DNA of 64,000 nucleotides from Candidatus Latescibacterota bacterium (GTDB lineage Bacteria; Latescibacterota; UBA2968; UBA8231), in the NCBI GenBank assembly GCA_965217585.1, contig OZ244561.1, forward strand, positions 1,137,424 through 1,201,423, read 5' to 3'. Each line of letters begins with the position of its first letter. The first letter of the stretch is position 1. The translations under genes and the position numbers were made by a program. Below are positions 35,308 through 44,508 of the stretch, one piece after another. A model generated the notes under the pieces. That model made no database searches. It saw only the letters and a program-made list of their open reading frames with translations, and had not been told where the DNA came from.

Positions 35308-36300
35308 ATGGGCAACTCGGGTAACAACCTCCTTATAGGGTTTCTGGTCTTCAGCGTTTTGTTTTTTGCGGTGGCATTGCTCGTGGGGCATGACGACGTG
35401 GACGGTGCGGACAGTTTGGCTACATCCGCTTCAGGCACGGCGCGCGGGGACCGTCTCACCCTCGAGAGTCGGCAGTTGCGGCTCGTGTCGACGGTGTGGT
35501 CGCCGTTCACCAACGCGCCAGGACAGCCGCGGTTCGCCCTCAATCTGGTCGGCGAGGCGCTCCGACGCGTGGGGATCATCGCCGAAACGGTCATCGTGGA
35601 CGAGGCCAAGTTTACTTCCTCACTGCTGAGCGGCGAGTTCGACGGGAGCGCGGCCGTGTGGAAGTACGCGGAGCGCGAACCCGTGCTGATTTACTCGCAG
35701 CCGTATGTCTGGAACCGGTTGATCCTCGTCGGGCGGCAGGGCAGCGACGTGTCCGCGACCTCGCTGGCCGACCTCGCCGGCAAACGGATCGCCCTAGTCG
35801 CCGGGTACGTGTATGGCGAGGAAGTCGAGACAACGGACGGGCTGCTCATCGTTGGCTCGACCGGCGAAGAGGACAGCGTCGCAAAACTCCTCAACGGTGA
35901 GGTGGACTACACGCTGATGGACGACTTGGTCGTCCAGTACATCCTCAGCAACTACGAAGAAGAAGCTCAAACGCGGCTGGCGTTCGGCTCGACGCCGCTG
36001 CTCACACGCTCGCTTCACCTCGCAATCCGCCGGTCGCTTCCAGACGCCGAGTCGATCATCTCGCGGTTCAACGCCGAGCTGCGCGGCATGATCGCCGACC
36101 GCACCTACCATCGCCTGTTCCACCTCGAATGGATTCAAGCGGACGTCGATGGCGACGGTCGCAGCGAGCAGGTCCCTTACAACGACCAAGTCGGCCCGCG
36201 CCCGCCGGAGCATTCCTACAAGCTCTCCGCGACGGGCAGTCCGACCGCGAGGCCCGGCACGACGCAGCGTTTCTACTTCATTCGAGCAACCCAAGGCTGA
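35308..36300 (+). CDS. Membrane-anchored family-3 solute-binding-protein-like protein
   Basis: The N-terminal TM leader is shared with 37036 and 42295. The body LRLVSTVWSPFTNAPGQP...LSGEFDGSAAVWKYAEREPVLIYSQPY...LAGKRIALVAGYVYGE resembles SBP_bac_3. No permease or ATPase is nearby. Confidence 0.7.
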   Translation: MGNSGNNLLIGFLVFSVLFFAVALLVGHDDVDGADSLATSASGTARGDRLTLESRQLRLVSTVWSPFTNAPGQPRFALNLVGEALRRVGIIAETVIVDEAKFTSSLLSGEFDGSAAVWKYAEREPVLIYSQPYVWNRLILVGRQGSDVSATSLADLAGKRIALVAGYVYGEEVETTDGLLIVGSTGEEDSVAKLLNGEVDYTLMDDLVVQYILSNYEEEAQTRLAFGSTPLLTRSLHLAIRRSLPDAESIISRFNAELRGMIADRTYHRLFHLEWIQADVDGDGRSEQVPYNDQVGPRPPEHSYKLSATGSPTARPGTTQRFYFIRATQG

Positions 36301-36316
36301 TGCGGGACTGACCCAG

Positions 36317-37039
36317 ATGTTTGTGCCAGTGTCGATGTCCCTGCTGTTTTCGTTTCTCTTCGCCCTGCCCGTGACCTGGGTGTATCGCTGGACTCGGCCC
36401 CGCAAGAAATACAGCCAGGCCTTTGCCCAGACCCTCCTCGTCGTGCCCATTGCGATTGCCCTCGTCGTGTTTCTCGTCAAGGACAGTGTCGCCCTCGCCT
36501 TCAGTCTCGCGGGCATTGTCGCTGCGGTTCGCTTTCGCACGTCGTTGAACGAACCCATGGATGCCACCTATATGTTCATCGTCATTGGCATCGGGTTGGC
36601 GGCCGGTATCCAGTACGGTTCAGTGGCGATCCTGGCATCGGTGGCTTTCAATACCGTTGCACTTGGCGTCTGGCGCATGAACTGGGGAGCAGAGCCTGCG
36701 GTCCTATCCGGGTTCAAGTTGGTGCGTTCGGCCAAGGAGGGGTCGTTGACCGGTGTGAGCGGCGCACAGGCGGGTAAAGCTCCCAAACCGTATAATGCCA
36801 GGCTCAGGGTACACACGACGCAGATCAAGGCGGCGCAGCAGGCCGCTGTTGCGCTCCTGCCGACCTATGCCAAGCGCTGGCAGCAGGTGCGGACTGTAAA
36901 ACAGAAAGACGGCACTGCGATAGTCGAGTTTGACGTTCGGCTGAAGAAAAAAACGGATCCGGCCGCTTTCACCGCAGCGCTTGAAAAAAGCGCTGAGGGG
37001 CATACCCGCAAAGTGGAGTTGGAAGGTATGGGTAAATGA
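36317..37039 (+). CDS. DUF4956-like membrane protein (copy A, N-terminally shorter)
   Basis: The segment FVPVSMSLLFSFLFALPVTWVYRWTRPRKKY...ALAFSLAGIVAAVRFRTSLNEPMDATYMFIVIGIGLAAGI matches my recollection of the DUF4956 core. Paralogue of 41282..42298. Confidence 0.7.
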   Translation: MFVPVSMSLLFSFLFALPVTWVYRWTRPRKKYSQAFAQTLLVVPIAIALVVFLVKDSVALAFSLAGIVAAVRFRTSLNEPMDATYMFIVIGIGLAAGIQYGSVAILASVAFNTVALGVWRMNWGAEPAVLSGFKLVRSAKEGSLTGVSGAQAGKAPKPYNARLRVHTTQIKAAQQAAVALLPTYAKRWQQVRTVKQKDGTAIVEFDVRLKKKTDPAAFTAALEKSAEGHTRKVELEGMGK

Positions 37040-38052
37040 GCAGCCGGGGTAACAACTTCCTGATAGGGTTTCTGGTCTTCAGCGTTCTGCTTTTTGCGGT
37101 GGCATTGCTCGTGCGGCAGGACGCGGCGATCGATTCCGACGTGGACGTGCAGCATCATAGCACAGCAGGGATCGCACATGCGAAGGAGGACGAGGCAATC
37201 GATTCCAACGTGGATGCCGCGGACAGTTTGGCATCCACATCCGCTTCAGGCACGGCGCGCGGGGACCATCTCACTCTCGCGAGTTACGACCTCGAAAAGC
37301 CGGCGCGGTATTTCAAGCTGCCGAAGCGGTTGCGGGAGATTTCCGGCTTGGCCATGCTCGCCGAGAACCGACTCCTCGCGCACGATGACGAAAGGGGCGT
37401 GGTAGTAGAGATCGATTATCGCGATGGTTCGATTGTAAAGGCATTCGCACTCGGCGGTCGGCGCGGTCCGGTCGCCGACGACTTCGAGGGCATCGCCGCG
37501 GCTGCCGGTCGCATATACCTTGTCTCGAGCTCAGGACGGTTGTACGAGTTTGGCGAAGGTGCCGACGGGGAGGCCGTTCTCTACAATCTGTATGCAACCG
37601 GCATTGGACGAGATTACGAAATAGAGGGACTCGCCTACGACCCGGACCAACGAGTGCTGTTGCTCGTCAGCAAAAACCCCAAAAACCCCGGGCAGGCGGG
37701 CCTGATAGCGATATATCGCTGGTCCGTCGATACCAAACAGCTCGTCGAGGATGGCCGTATCCTCCTAGAGGCCTCCGCGCTGGCGCGCCGCATTGGCAGC
37801 AAACGATTCCAACCTTCGGGCATCGAGCGGCACCCGGTATCGGGAAACTACTTTCTCGTGGCTGCCCGCCAGCGCGCCGTTGCCGAGATTACCCCACAGG
37901 GACAGATTCTCGCCGTAGCCGAACTGGCACCCGGTCGGCATCCGCAGGCCGAGGGCATTTCCTTTGCTTCCGACAATACCTTGATCATAGCCGACGAAGG
38001 GGCGGGGAAGCGCGCACGCCTGAGCTTCTACCCCGTTGCAAAGGGCCGCTAG
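37036..38052 (+). CDS. YjiK/SdiA-regulated-like beta-propeller protein, membrane-anchored (copy A)
   Basis: TM leader, then repeated blade motifs EISGLA, DFEGIAA, IEGLAYD, PSGIERHP and AEGISF. ATGA overlap with the upstream gene. Confidence 0.75.
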   Translation: MSSRGNNFLIGFLVFSVLLFAVALLVRQDAAIDSDVDVQHHSTAGIAHAKEDEAIDSNVDAADSLASTSASGTARGDHLTLASYDLEKPARYFKLPKRLREISGLAMLAENRLLAHDDERGVVVEIDYRDGSIVKAFALGGRRGPVADDFEGIAAAAGRIYLVSSSGRLYEFGEGADGEAVLYNLYATGIGRDYEIEGLAYDPDQRVLLLVSKNPKNPGQAGLIAIYRWSVDTKQLVEDGRILLEASALARRIGSKRFQPSGIERHPVSGNYFLVAARQRAVAEITPQGQILAVAELAPGRHPQAEGISFASDNTLIIADEGAGKRARLSFYPVAKGR

Positions 38053-38135
38053 CGGCGCGCAAAAGAGCGACAATCTGCCGGCGCATTGGATGGGCAGGAC
38101 GTACAGTTGACAACCCCAAAAGCGAAGGAGTTTCC

Positions 38136-40847
38136 ATGATGACGCCTCCGAAGCGGCGCGCCATGTTTCTCCCGTTGGTGCTCGTTCTTTCCGTTCCGGC
38201 GGCATCGGCGTCCCAGGAAGACCCACCGGCTCCCGGGTCCATGATCCGCCGCTCCATTCCGCCTCCGGGCGCGACGACCCACCTGGTGATTCCCGGGGAG
38301 CGGTTCCGGACCTCCTCGTTTCGGCGCTGGTTCTACGGCAGCAACTACCGCGACCTCTGGACCACGCCGGTCGAGGTTCAGGTCCTTGACCTCGATCGGG
38401 TGGGAGGGGGCCTGACGCCGCTTCGCACCGGCGGCTTCGGACAGTCCATCTCGCTCCACTTCACCGGGCAGGATGGCCGCCGCTATACGGTCCGTTCGCT
38501 AGACAAGGACGCCACCCGACGGGTACCGGACATCGTCAGGAAAACGGTCGTGGGCGAAGTCCTTCAGGACCTGATCAGCGCGATGCTGCCCACCGGGGCG
38601 CTCGTGGTCGATCCCCTGATGGAAGCTACCGGCATCCTCCATTCCAGGCACGCGCTGGTTGTGATTCCGGATGATCCCCGGCTCGGAGAGTACCGCGCTT
38701 CCTTTGCGGGCTTGATAGGACTGTTGCAGGAGCATCCTTCCGAAGGCCCGGACGATACCGCCGGCTTCGCCGATTCCCGGAAGGTGAGCGGAACCGACAA
38801 GCTGTGGGACGACCTCGAAGACGGCCCCTGTGACCGTGTCGATGCCCGAGCCTTTCTCAAGGCGCGACTCATGGACTTTCTCATCGGCGACAAGGACCGT
38901 CATCACGGCCAGTGGCGATGGGCGCGGTTCCCCGACGGGGATTGCCATACCTGGCTCCCGATACCCGAGGATCGCGACCAAGCCTTCATTGATTTCGACG
39001 GGTTTGCGATGGCGTTAGCGCGCCGAGCGATACCTATCCAGATCCGGTTCGAGGACAGCTATCCAAATCTGGTTGGCCTGACCATGACCGGTTGGGAGTT
39101 GGATCGCGAGTTCCTGGCCGAACTCGACCGGACGGCGTGGGATGCGGTGGTAGCGGAATTTCGTGAGGACCTGCCGGATCCCGTCATCGAAGATGCAGTC
39201 CGCCGCCTCCCCCTGCCGTACTACGAAGGCGTCGGCGAAGCTCTTGCCAAGACCCTCAAGTCGCGGCGCGACGCGCTGCCTGATTTTGCCGACCGATACT
39301 ACGAGTTGATCACTCGCCAGGCCGAAATCCGGGCGACCGACCGGGACGAGGACCTCCACTGCGAGCACCTGCAGAACGGTGATCTCGTCGTCCGTATCGG
39401 TCTCGCCGAAGGACCCGGGGGAGAAAGAACGGCGCCCTGGTTCGAGCGGACGTTCCACGCCGAAGAAACGCGGGAGGTCCGCATAGCCCTCCGGGGGGGA
39501 GACGACAGCGCGGAGGTATCGGGGACGAACGGACGGATTTCCGTTCGCATCGATGGTGGCGGCGGGGATGACACCTTCGTCAACGCGTCCGGGGTTGGCG
39601 CTTCCAGAACGGCGTTCTACGACTCTCGCGGGAAGAATCGGTTTGTCGAGGGCAACGGAGCGCGAACCGACGAGCGTCCCTACCGACGCCCGCCCGCCAC
39701 CCACACGCCCAATGCCAAGTACGCGCTGGATTGGGGCATGCAGGCGTCAACCATCCCGATCGTCGAGGTGGATCGGGATCTGGGTGCGTTCCTCAGCATG
39801 TCTCACAGCCGGCAGTATTTCGGCTATCGCCGAGACCCGTTCGCTGCACGGCATTCCTTCAGCCTCGGGTTCGCCAGCAGCGGTCTCAAGCCCATTGCCT
39901 CCTATAGCGGCACCTTTCGCCGCCTTCTCCGCGATCTCGACGCCACCGTTCACCTCGAGTACTCCGGTGTCGAGACGGTCCGTTTCACCGGCTTCGGTAA
40001 CGACACGCAGCTTCTGGGTTCGTCCGACTTCTACAAGGTGGAACAGAAAATCTTTGTTTTCTCGCCCGCCATCGAGTTTCGCAGGGAACAGCGTCATGGA
40101 GAGGCGCACGCTGGGGGGACAAAACCACGGCGCTCGGAAACAGCGATCAGTCTGGGGCCCATCGTCAAGTACTCCAGCACGCCACTGGCTGCCAACCAGG
40201 ACAAATACATCGCTTCTCTGGATCACCCGGTGTACGGCATGGGTTCCTTCGGCCAGGTAGGAGCGCAGGGACGGGTCGAGTACGACACCCGCAACAATCC
40301 GGCGTACCCCACGAGCGGTCTCCTGGTCCGAGGCACCGGAGCCATCTACCCCGGCACCTGGGATGCAAAGTCGGCCTTTGGCACCGCAGAGGGAGCGGTG
40401 CATGCCTACCTGACGGCTCGTATTCCGACCACCCCCACCCTGGCCCTGAGAGCGGGCGGGAAGAAGGTATGGGGGACCTTCCCCTTCCACGAGAGCGCCT
40501 TCCTCGGCGGGCCCGGCTTTGCCGGTGTCGGCACCTCTGGCGGTCAGGTCCGCGGTGTTCGCAAGGACCGGTTTGCGGGAGACGCCTCGGTGTATGCAAA
40601 TGCCGAACTGCGCTTCGCGGTTGCCGCCTTCCGGCTCTTGATGCCGGGAGAGTTCGGCGTGTTTCTTGGCGCTGATACCGGCCGGGTATTCTTCGCCGGG
40701 GACCGGGCCGACGTCGGCAAATGGCACACCGGCGTCGGGGGTGGATTCTGGCTGTCGTTCCTCCAACGCCGACAGTCCGTGAGCGTTGCGGTCATGGAGG
40801 GCGCTGAAATGACGGGACTGTACGTGCGCGCCGGTTTCCTGTTCTAG
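38136..40847 (+). CDS. 903-aa protein: atypical-kinase-like N-domain plus Omp85/surface-antigen-like C-terminal barrel (copy A)
   Basis: Has a signal peptide and RBS AAGGAG. N-domain motifs TGGFGQSISLHF...YTVRSLDKD, DFLIGDKDRHHGQWRW and WLPIPEDRDQAFIDFDG. C-terminus FHESAFLGGPG...RGVRKDRFAGDASVYANAELRF...YVRAGFLF is typical of Omp85-family barrels. Confidence 0.8.
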   Translation: MMTPPKRRAMFLPLVLVLSVPAASASQEDPPAPGSMIRRSIPPPGATTHLVIPGERFRTSSFRRWFYGSNYRDLWTTPVEVQVLDLDRVGGGLTPLRTGGFGQSISLHFTGQDGRRYTVRSLDKDATRRVPDIVRKTVVGEVLQDLISAMLPTGALVVDPLMEATGILHSRHALVVIPDDPRLGEYRASFAGLIGLLQEHPSEGPDDTAGFADSRKVSGTDKLWDDLEDGPCDRVDARAFLKARLMDFLIGDKDRHHGQWRWARFPDGDCHTWLPIPEDRDQAFIDFDGFAMALARRAIPIQIRFEDSYPNLVGLTMTGWELDREFLAELDRTAWDAVVAEFREDLPDPVIEDAVRRLPLPYYEGVGEALAKTLKSRRDALPDFADRYYELITRQAEIRATDRDEDLHCEHLQNGDLVVRIGLAEGPGGERTAPWFERTFHAEETREVRIALRGGDDSAEVSGTNGRISVRIDGGGGDDTFVNASGVGASRTAFYDSRGKNRFVEGNGARTDERPYRRPPATHTPNAKYALDWGMQASTIPIVEVDRDLGAFLSMSHSRQYFGYRRDPFAARHSFSLGFASSGLKPIASYSGTFRRLLRDLDATVHLEYSGVETVRFTGFGNDTQLLGSSDFYKVEQKIFVFSPAIEFRREQRHGEAHAGGTKPRRSETAISLGPIVKYSSTPLAANQDKYIASLDHPVYGMGSFGQVGAQGRVEYDTRNNPAYPTSGLLVRGTGAIYPGTWDAKSAFGTAEGAVHAYLTARIPTTPTLALRAGGKKVWGTFPFHESAFLGGPGFAGVGTSGGQVRGVRKDRFAGDASVYANAELRFAVAAFRLLMPGEFGVFLGADTGRVFFAGDRADVGKWHTGVGGGFWLSFLQRRQSVSVAVMEGAEMTGLYVRAGFLF

Positions 40848-40850
40848 CCG

Positions 40851-41030
40851 AGGGAAGCGGCGAGGCCCATGTTCAACAACAGCCTCGTGCGCCTCGCAGG
40901 GTATTACTTCGCGTGGTACCTCGGCCTGTGCCGCTACCGCATCAGCACCCTCAAGAGACAGGACGACAACAAGCAGAGCAATCGCCCGGCGACGCAGCCA
41001 TGGACGGATGAAGCGCGCGATTCGGTTCAT
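40851..41030 (-). pseudogene. Relic 5' end (signal-peptide region) of a third Omp85-like paralogue
   Basis: MNRIARFIRPWLRRRAIALLVVVLSLEGADAVAAQ aligns with the copy-B N-terminus MNRNEHLSSPWLRRRATALLVAALHLGGADAVVAK, with matching DNA runs. Similarity fades and ends at the stop codon of copy A. Confidence 0.5.
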
Positions 41031-41281
41031 AAAATCGGATGCTCGTTTTTGCCCTGTTTTTGACGGGCGTGCTCATTCAGCGCGTCAAGGGCTTGTTCCC
41101 ATACCCCGCGTTTAAGCTATAGTACAAACACAGCTCTTTTAACTCAACAGCTTCTAATTAATTGCACACAATTGCGCTTCAATTTTTTGGTGTATATCTT
41201 AGCCGACCGCGGAGCGTTCTGTTCGCATCTGTGATCCCGACGCGACCTGCATTGCGGAAACAGTGGTAAAAGGAACTGATA

Positions 41282-42298
41282 ATGCTCGACAAAATAACTG
41301 AGGGGCTCGACAAAATAACAGATAGGCTCGACAACGTAATCGTCCGTCTCGTGGCTTACTATATTGCCATATCCCTTTTTTTTGCGAGCATTTTGTTGTT
41401 GTTGCCAGACATCTCGATTTACATAACCAAGGGAGAGATGAGTTCCATATTAGCCATTTTGTCATCCCCGCAATTCGGGGCAGAGTTCGGGCGCTTACTG
41501 GAAGAGTCCAGGGTCTCCGGGGCCGATCCGAAGCTGGAACCGGAAGAGATCGAGCGCTTACTGGAAAAGTCCGGTGGCTTCCACCTCTCGACGTTCGTGC
41601 CGATTTCGATGGCACTGCTGTTTTCGTTTTTCTATGCCCTGCCCGTGACTTGGGTGTATCGCTGGACCCGGCCCCGCAAGAAATACAACCCAGACCTTGT
41701 CCATACCCTCCTCGTCGTGCCCATTGCGATTTCCCTCGTCGTTTTTCTCGTCAAGGACAGTATCGCGCTCGCCTTCAGTCTCGCGGGCATTGTCGCCGCA
41801 GTTCAGTTCCGCGCGACATTGAGGGACCCCCTAGATGCCACCTACATGTTCATCGTCATTGGCATCGGATTGTCGGCTGGTATCGGTATCGGTCAAGTGG
41901 CTATTTTGGCCTCGGTGGCTTTCAATGCCGTTGTTTTGGGCATCTGGCGCATGAACTACGGGGCGAAGCCTGCTGCCCTGTCCGGGTTCAGGCTGGTGCG
42001 TCCCGCCAAGTCGTTGCCCGGTGTGAGCGGCACCCAGGCGGGTAAAATCCCCAAATCGTATAATGCCAAGCTCAGGGTACATACGGCGCAGGTCGAGGCG
42101 GCACAGCAGGCCGCTGTTGCGCTCTTGGCGACCTATGCCAAGCGGTGGCGACAGGTGCGGATTGTGCAGCAGGAGGACAGCACTGCGATCGTCGAATTTG
42201 ACGTGCGGCTGAAGAAAACCGCAGATCCGGCCGCCTTCACTAGAGAGCTTGAAAAAAGTACAGAGGGCCATACCGTCAAAGTGGAGCTGGAATTATGA
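41282..42298 (+). CDS. DUF4956-like membrane protein (copy B, full length)
   Basis: 338 aa. Carries an extra N-terminal ~100 aa with a TM helix, then the same core as copy A (ALPVTWVYRWTRPRKKY...ALAFSLAGIVAAVQFR...). Confidence 0.8.
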   Translation: MLDKITEGLDKITDRLDNVIVRLVAYYIAISLFFASILLLLPDISIYITKGEMSSILAILSSPQFGAEFGRLLEESRVSGADPKLEPEEIERLLEKSGGFHLSTFVPISMALLFSFFYALPVTWVYRWTRPRKKYNPDLVHTLLVVPIAISLVVFLVKDSIALAFSLAGIVAAVQFRATLRDPLDATYMFIVIGIGLSAGIGIGQVAILASVAFNAVVLGIWRMNYGAKPAALSGFRLVRPAKSLPGVSGTQAGKIPKSYNAKLRVHTAQVEAAQQAAVALLATYAKRWRQVRIVQQEDSTAIVEFDVRLKKTADPAAFTRELEKSTEGHTVKVELEL

Positions 42299-43260
42299 GT
42301 GCCCCGAGTAACAACCTCCTGAGCGGGTTTTTGGTCTTCAGCGTTTTGATTTTTATAGCGTCATTGCTCGTGCGGGAGGACGCGGCAATCGAACCCGTCG
42401 TGGACACCGCAGCCGACACCGCGGACAGTTTGGCATCTACATCCTCATTCGCTCTAAGCACGCCGCACGAGGACAACCTTACCCTCGCGAGTTACGACCT
42501 CAAAAAACCAGCGCGGCGTTTCAAGCTGCCGAAGCAGTGGCGGGAGATCTCCGGCTTGACCATGCTTGGAGAGAACCGACTCCTCGCGCACGATGACGAA
42601 AGGGGCGTAGTATTCGAGATAGACTATCGCGATGGTTCGATTGTAAAGGCGTTTGCACTCAGCGATCAGCTCGATCCGGTCGCCGACGACTTCGAAGGCA
42701 TCGCCGCGGCTGAAGGCCGCGTGTACCTCGTTTCGAGTTCAGGGCGGTTATACGAGTTTGTCGAAGGCTCCGATGGAGAGACTGTTCTCTACAATCTATA
42801 TACAACCGGAATTGGACGAGACCACGAAATAGAGGGACTCGCCTACGACCCGGACCAACGGGTGCTATTGCTCATCAGCAAAAACCCCAAGAACCCCGGG
42901 CAGACAGGCCTAGTAACGATATGTCGCTGGTCCCTCGATACCAAGCAGCTCGTCGAGGGTGGCCATATCCTCATACCAGCCGTCGCGCTCTCGAGCCGCA
43001 CCGACAGCAAGCGATTCCAACCTTCGGGCATCGAGCGGCACCCGGTATCGGGAAACTACTTTGTCGTGGCGGCCCGCCAGGGCGCCATTGCCGAGATTAC
43101 CCCAAAGGGACAGGTCCTCGCCGTCGCGGATCTTGCGGCTGATCGGCATCCACAGACCGAGGGCATTGCGTTTACTTCCGACAATACACTGATCGTATCC
43201 GACGAAGGGGTGAGCAAGCGCGCGACCCTGACTTTTTACTCCGTTTCAAAGGGCCGGTAA
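42295..43260 (+). CDS. YjiK/SdiA-regulated-like beta-propeller protein, membrane-anchored (copy B)
   Basis: Collinear with 37036..38052 (NRLLAHDDERGVVFEIDYRDGSIVKAFAL, RFQPSGIERHPVSGNYF). ATGA overlap with the upstream gene. Confidence 0.8.
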   Translation: MSAPSNNLLSGFLVFSVLIFIASLLVREDAAIEPVVDTAADTADSLASTSSFALSTPHEDNLTLASYDLKKPARRFKLPKQWREISGLTMLGENRLLAHDDERGVVFEIDYRDGSIVKAFALSDQLDPVADDFEGIAAAEGRVYLVSSSGRLYEFVEGSDGETVLYNLYTTGIGRDHEIEGLAYDPDQRVLLLISKNPKNPGQTGLVTICRWSLDTKQLVEGGHILIPAVALSSRTDSKRFQPSGIERHPVSGNYFVVAARQGAIAEITPKGQVLAVADLAADRHPQTEGIAFTSDNTLIVSDEGVSKRATLTFYSVSKGR

Positions 43261-43316
43261 TTGCAGGCTTGTCCCGGCGGACGGAATCTTTGTGGCCACC
43301 CAGGCGTTACTTGGGA

Positions 43317-44471
43317 ATGAACTATCCCCAAAAAGCGACGCGCCGGCGCGGTTTAGCGCTGGGGATCGTCTTGCTCTTGGCGCTGGTCGTGGTCGTAGCA
43401 GGTTGCCGGGCGGGGCACCTGCAAGGGGAGAACTACGGTGCCGACGACGAGCCGTACATCCGGCGGGATGTCCCGTCGGATGCGATCGCGACCAGCGGTC
43501 GGGTCGCGTATCGAGTCATCTTGGTCGGAGACACTGGGGAGCCGGTGCCGGACGATCCCACCCTTGCCGCAATCGGGCGCTGGGCGGCTCCGCAGGAGCG
43601 GGCCGCGGTCGTGCTACTGGGGGACAACCTCTACCCGTCGGGGCTTGCAGCCGATGACCGCGCTAGGGGTGAAGCCATTTTGCGCCAGCAGCTCGCGGCG
43701 ACCTCGGCGCTGCGGATTTTCGTGCCGGGCAACCACGATTGGGGCTCTTCACCGCAAGACTGGACGGGAGCGCACGTCGTCGCGCAGCAGGAATTCGTGC
43801 TTGCGTGGCCAGAGGGCGACGTGGACTTCCTACCCCGCGATGGATGCGCCGGCCCAGTCGTGCGCGAGTTGCTCAAGCCTGGGGATGGGCTGGAGCAGGG
43901 GGTCGCGGTCGTCGCCATTGACTGGATGCCTTGGTTCTCACCGGTCGCCGACACTAGCAGGTGCCCGGACGGGGATTTCGGGGCGCGGATCGACGCGGCC
44001 TTCTCGGCCCTAAAGAGGCATTTCGTGATCGTGGTGAGCCACTTTCCGCTGCGCTCGGGCGGCATCCGCGCCGGCTTCAGCCGCGGGTTCATCATCGACT
44101 TCTTCATAGACTTCTATCACCTGCTGCGACCGCGACCGCCCCTCAATCTGTACAATCCGCAATACATGGTCCTCGCAAAGCAGGTGAAGGACGCGTTAGC
44201 AAGACACCGGCCCCTCGTCTATGCCGCGGGACACGATCACAGCCTACAGCTCTTCGAGGCGGACGAAGTCGCTCGGATGCACATCGTGAGCGGGGCGGGT
44301 TCGGCCGGCAAAGTGTCGCCCGTAACCGCCGTGGCCGGGACGATCTTCGCCCACGCCGTCCCGGGATTCGCGGTACTCGATTTCGCAATCCACGACGGAG
44401 TTGACACCCCAGTCGTACGCATCGTGAGAACTGGGCAGGAAGTGCCCGTGTTCCAGATGCGCATTCCGTAG
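43317..44471 (+). CDS. Calcineurin-like metallophosphoesterase, lipoprotein
   Basis: Lipobox VVVAGC. Motifs VILVGDTGE, LLGDNLYPSG, VPGNHDW and AAGHDHS. Confidence 0.8.
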   Translation: MNYPQKATRRRGLALGIVLLLALVVVVAGCRAGHLQGENYGADDEPYIRRDVPSDAIATSGRVAYRVILVGDTGEPVPDDPTLAAIGRWAAPQERAAVVLLGDNLYPSGLAADDRARGEAILRQQLAATSALRIFVPGNHDWGSSPQDWTGAHVVAQQEFVLAWPEGDVDFLPRDGCAGPVVRELLKPGDGLEQGVAVVAIDWMPWFSPVADTSRCPDGDFGARIDAAFSALKRHFVIVVSHFPLRSGGIRAGFSRGFIIDFFIDFYHLLRPRPPLNLYNPQYMVLAKQVKDALARHRPLVYAAGHDHSLQLFEADEVARMHIVSGAGSAGKVSPVTAVAGTIFAHAVPGFAVLDFAIHDGVDTPVVRIVRTGQEVPVFQMRIP

Positions 44472-44508
44472 CGTGATTTCGCGTGACCGGACAATCCGAA
44501 CCGGGTTT

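Noticed and set aside
39747-40850. The body of the 427-aa minus-strand ORF 39747..41030.
   Set aside because: Only the first ~60 codons (40851-41030) resemble a real protein (the N-terminus of the Omp85-like paralogue). The rest is antisense to the well-supported gene 38136..40847.
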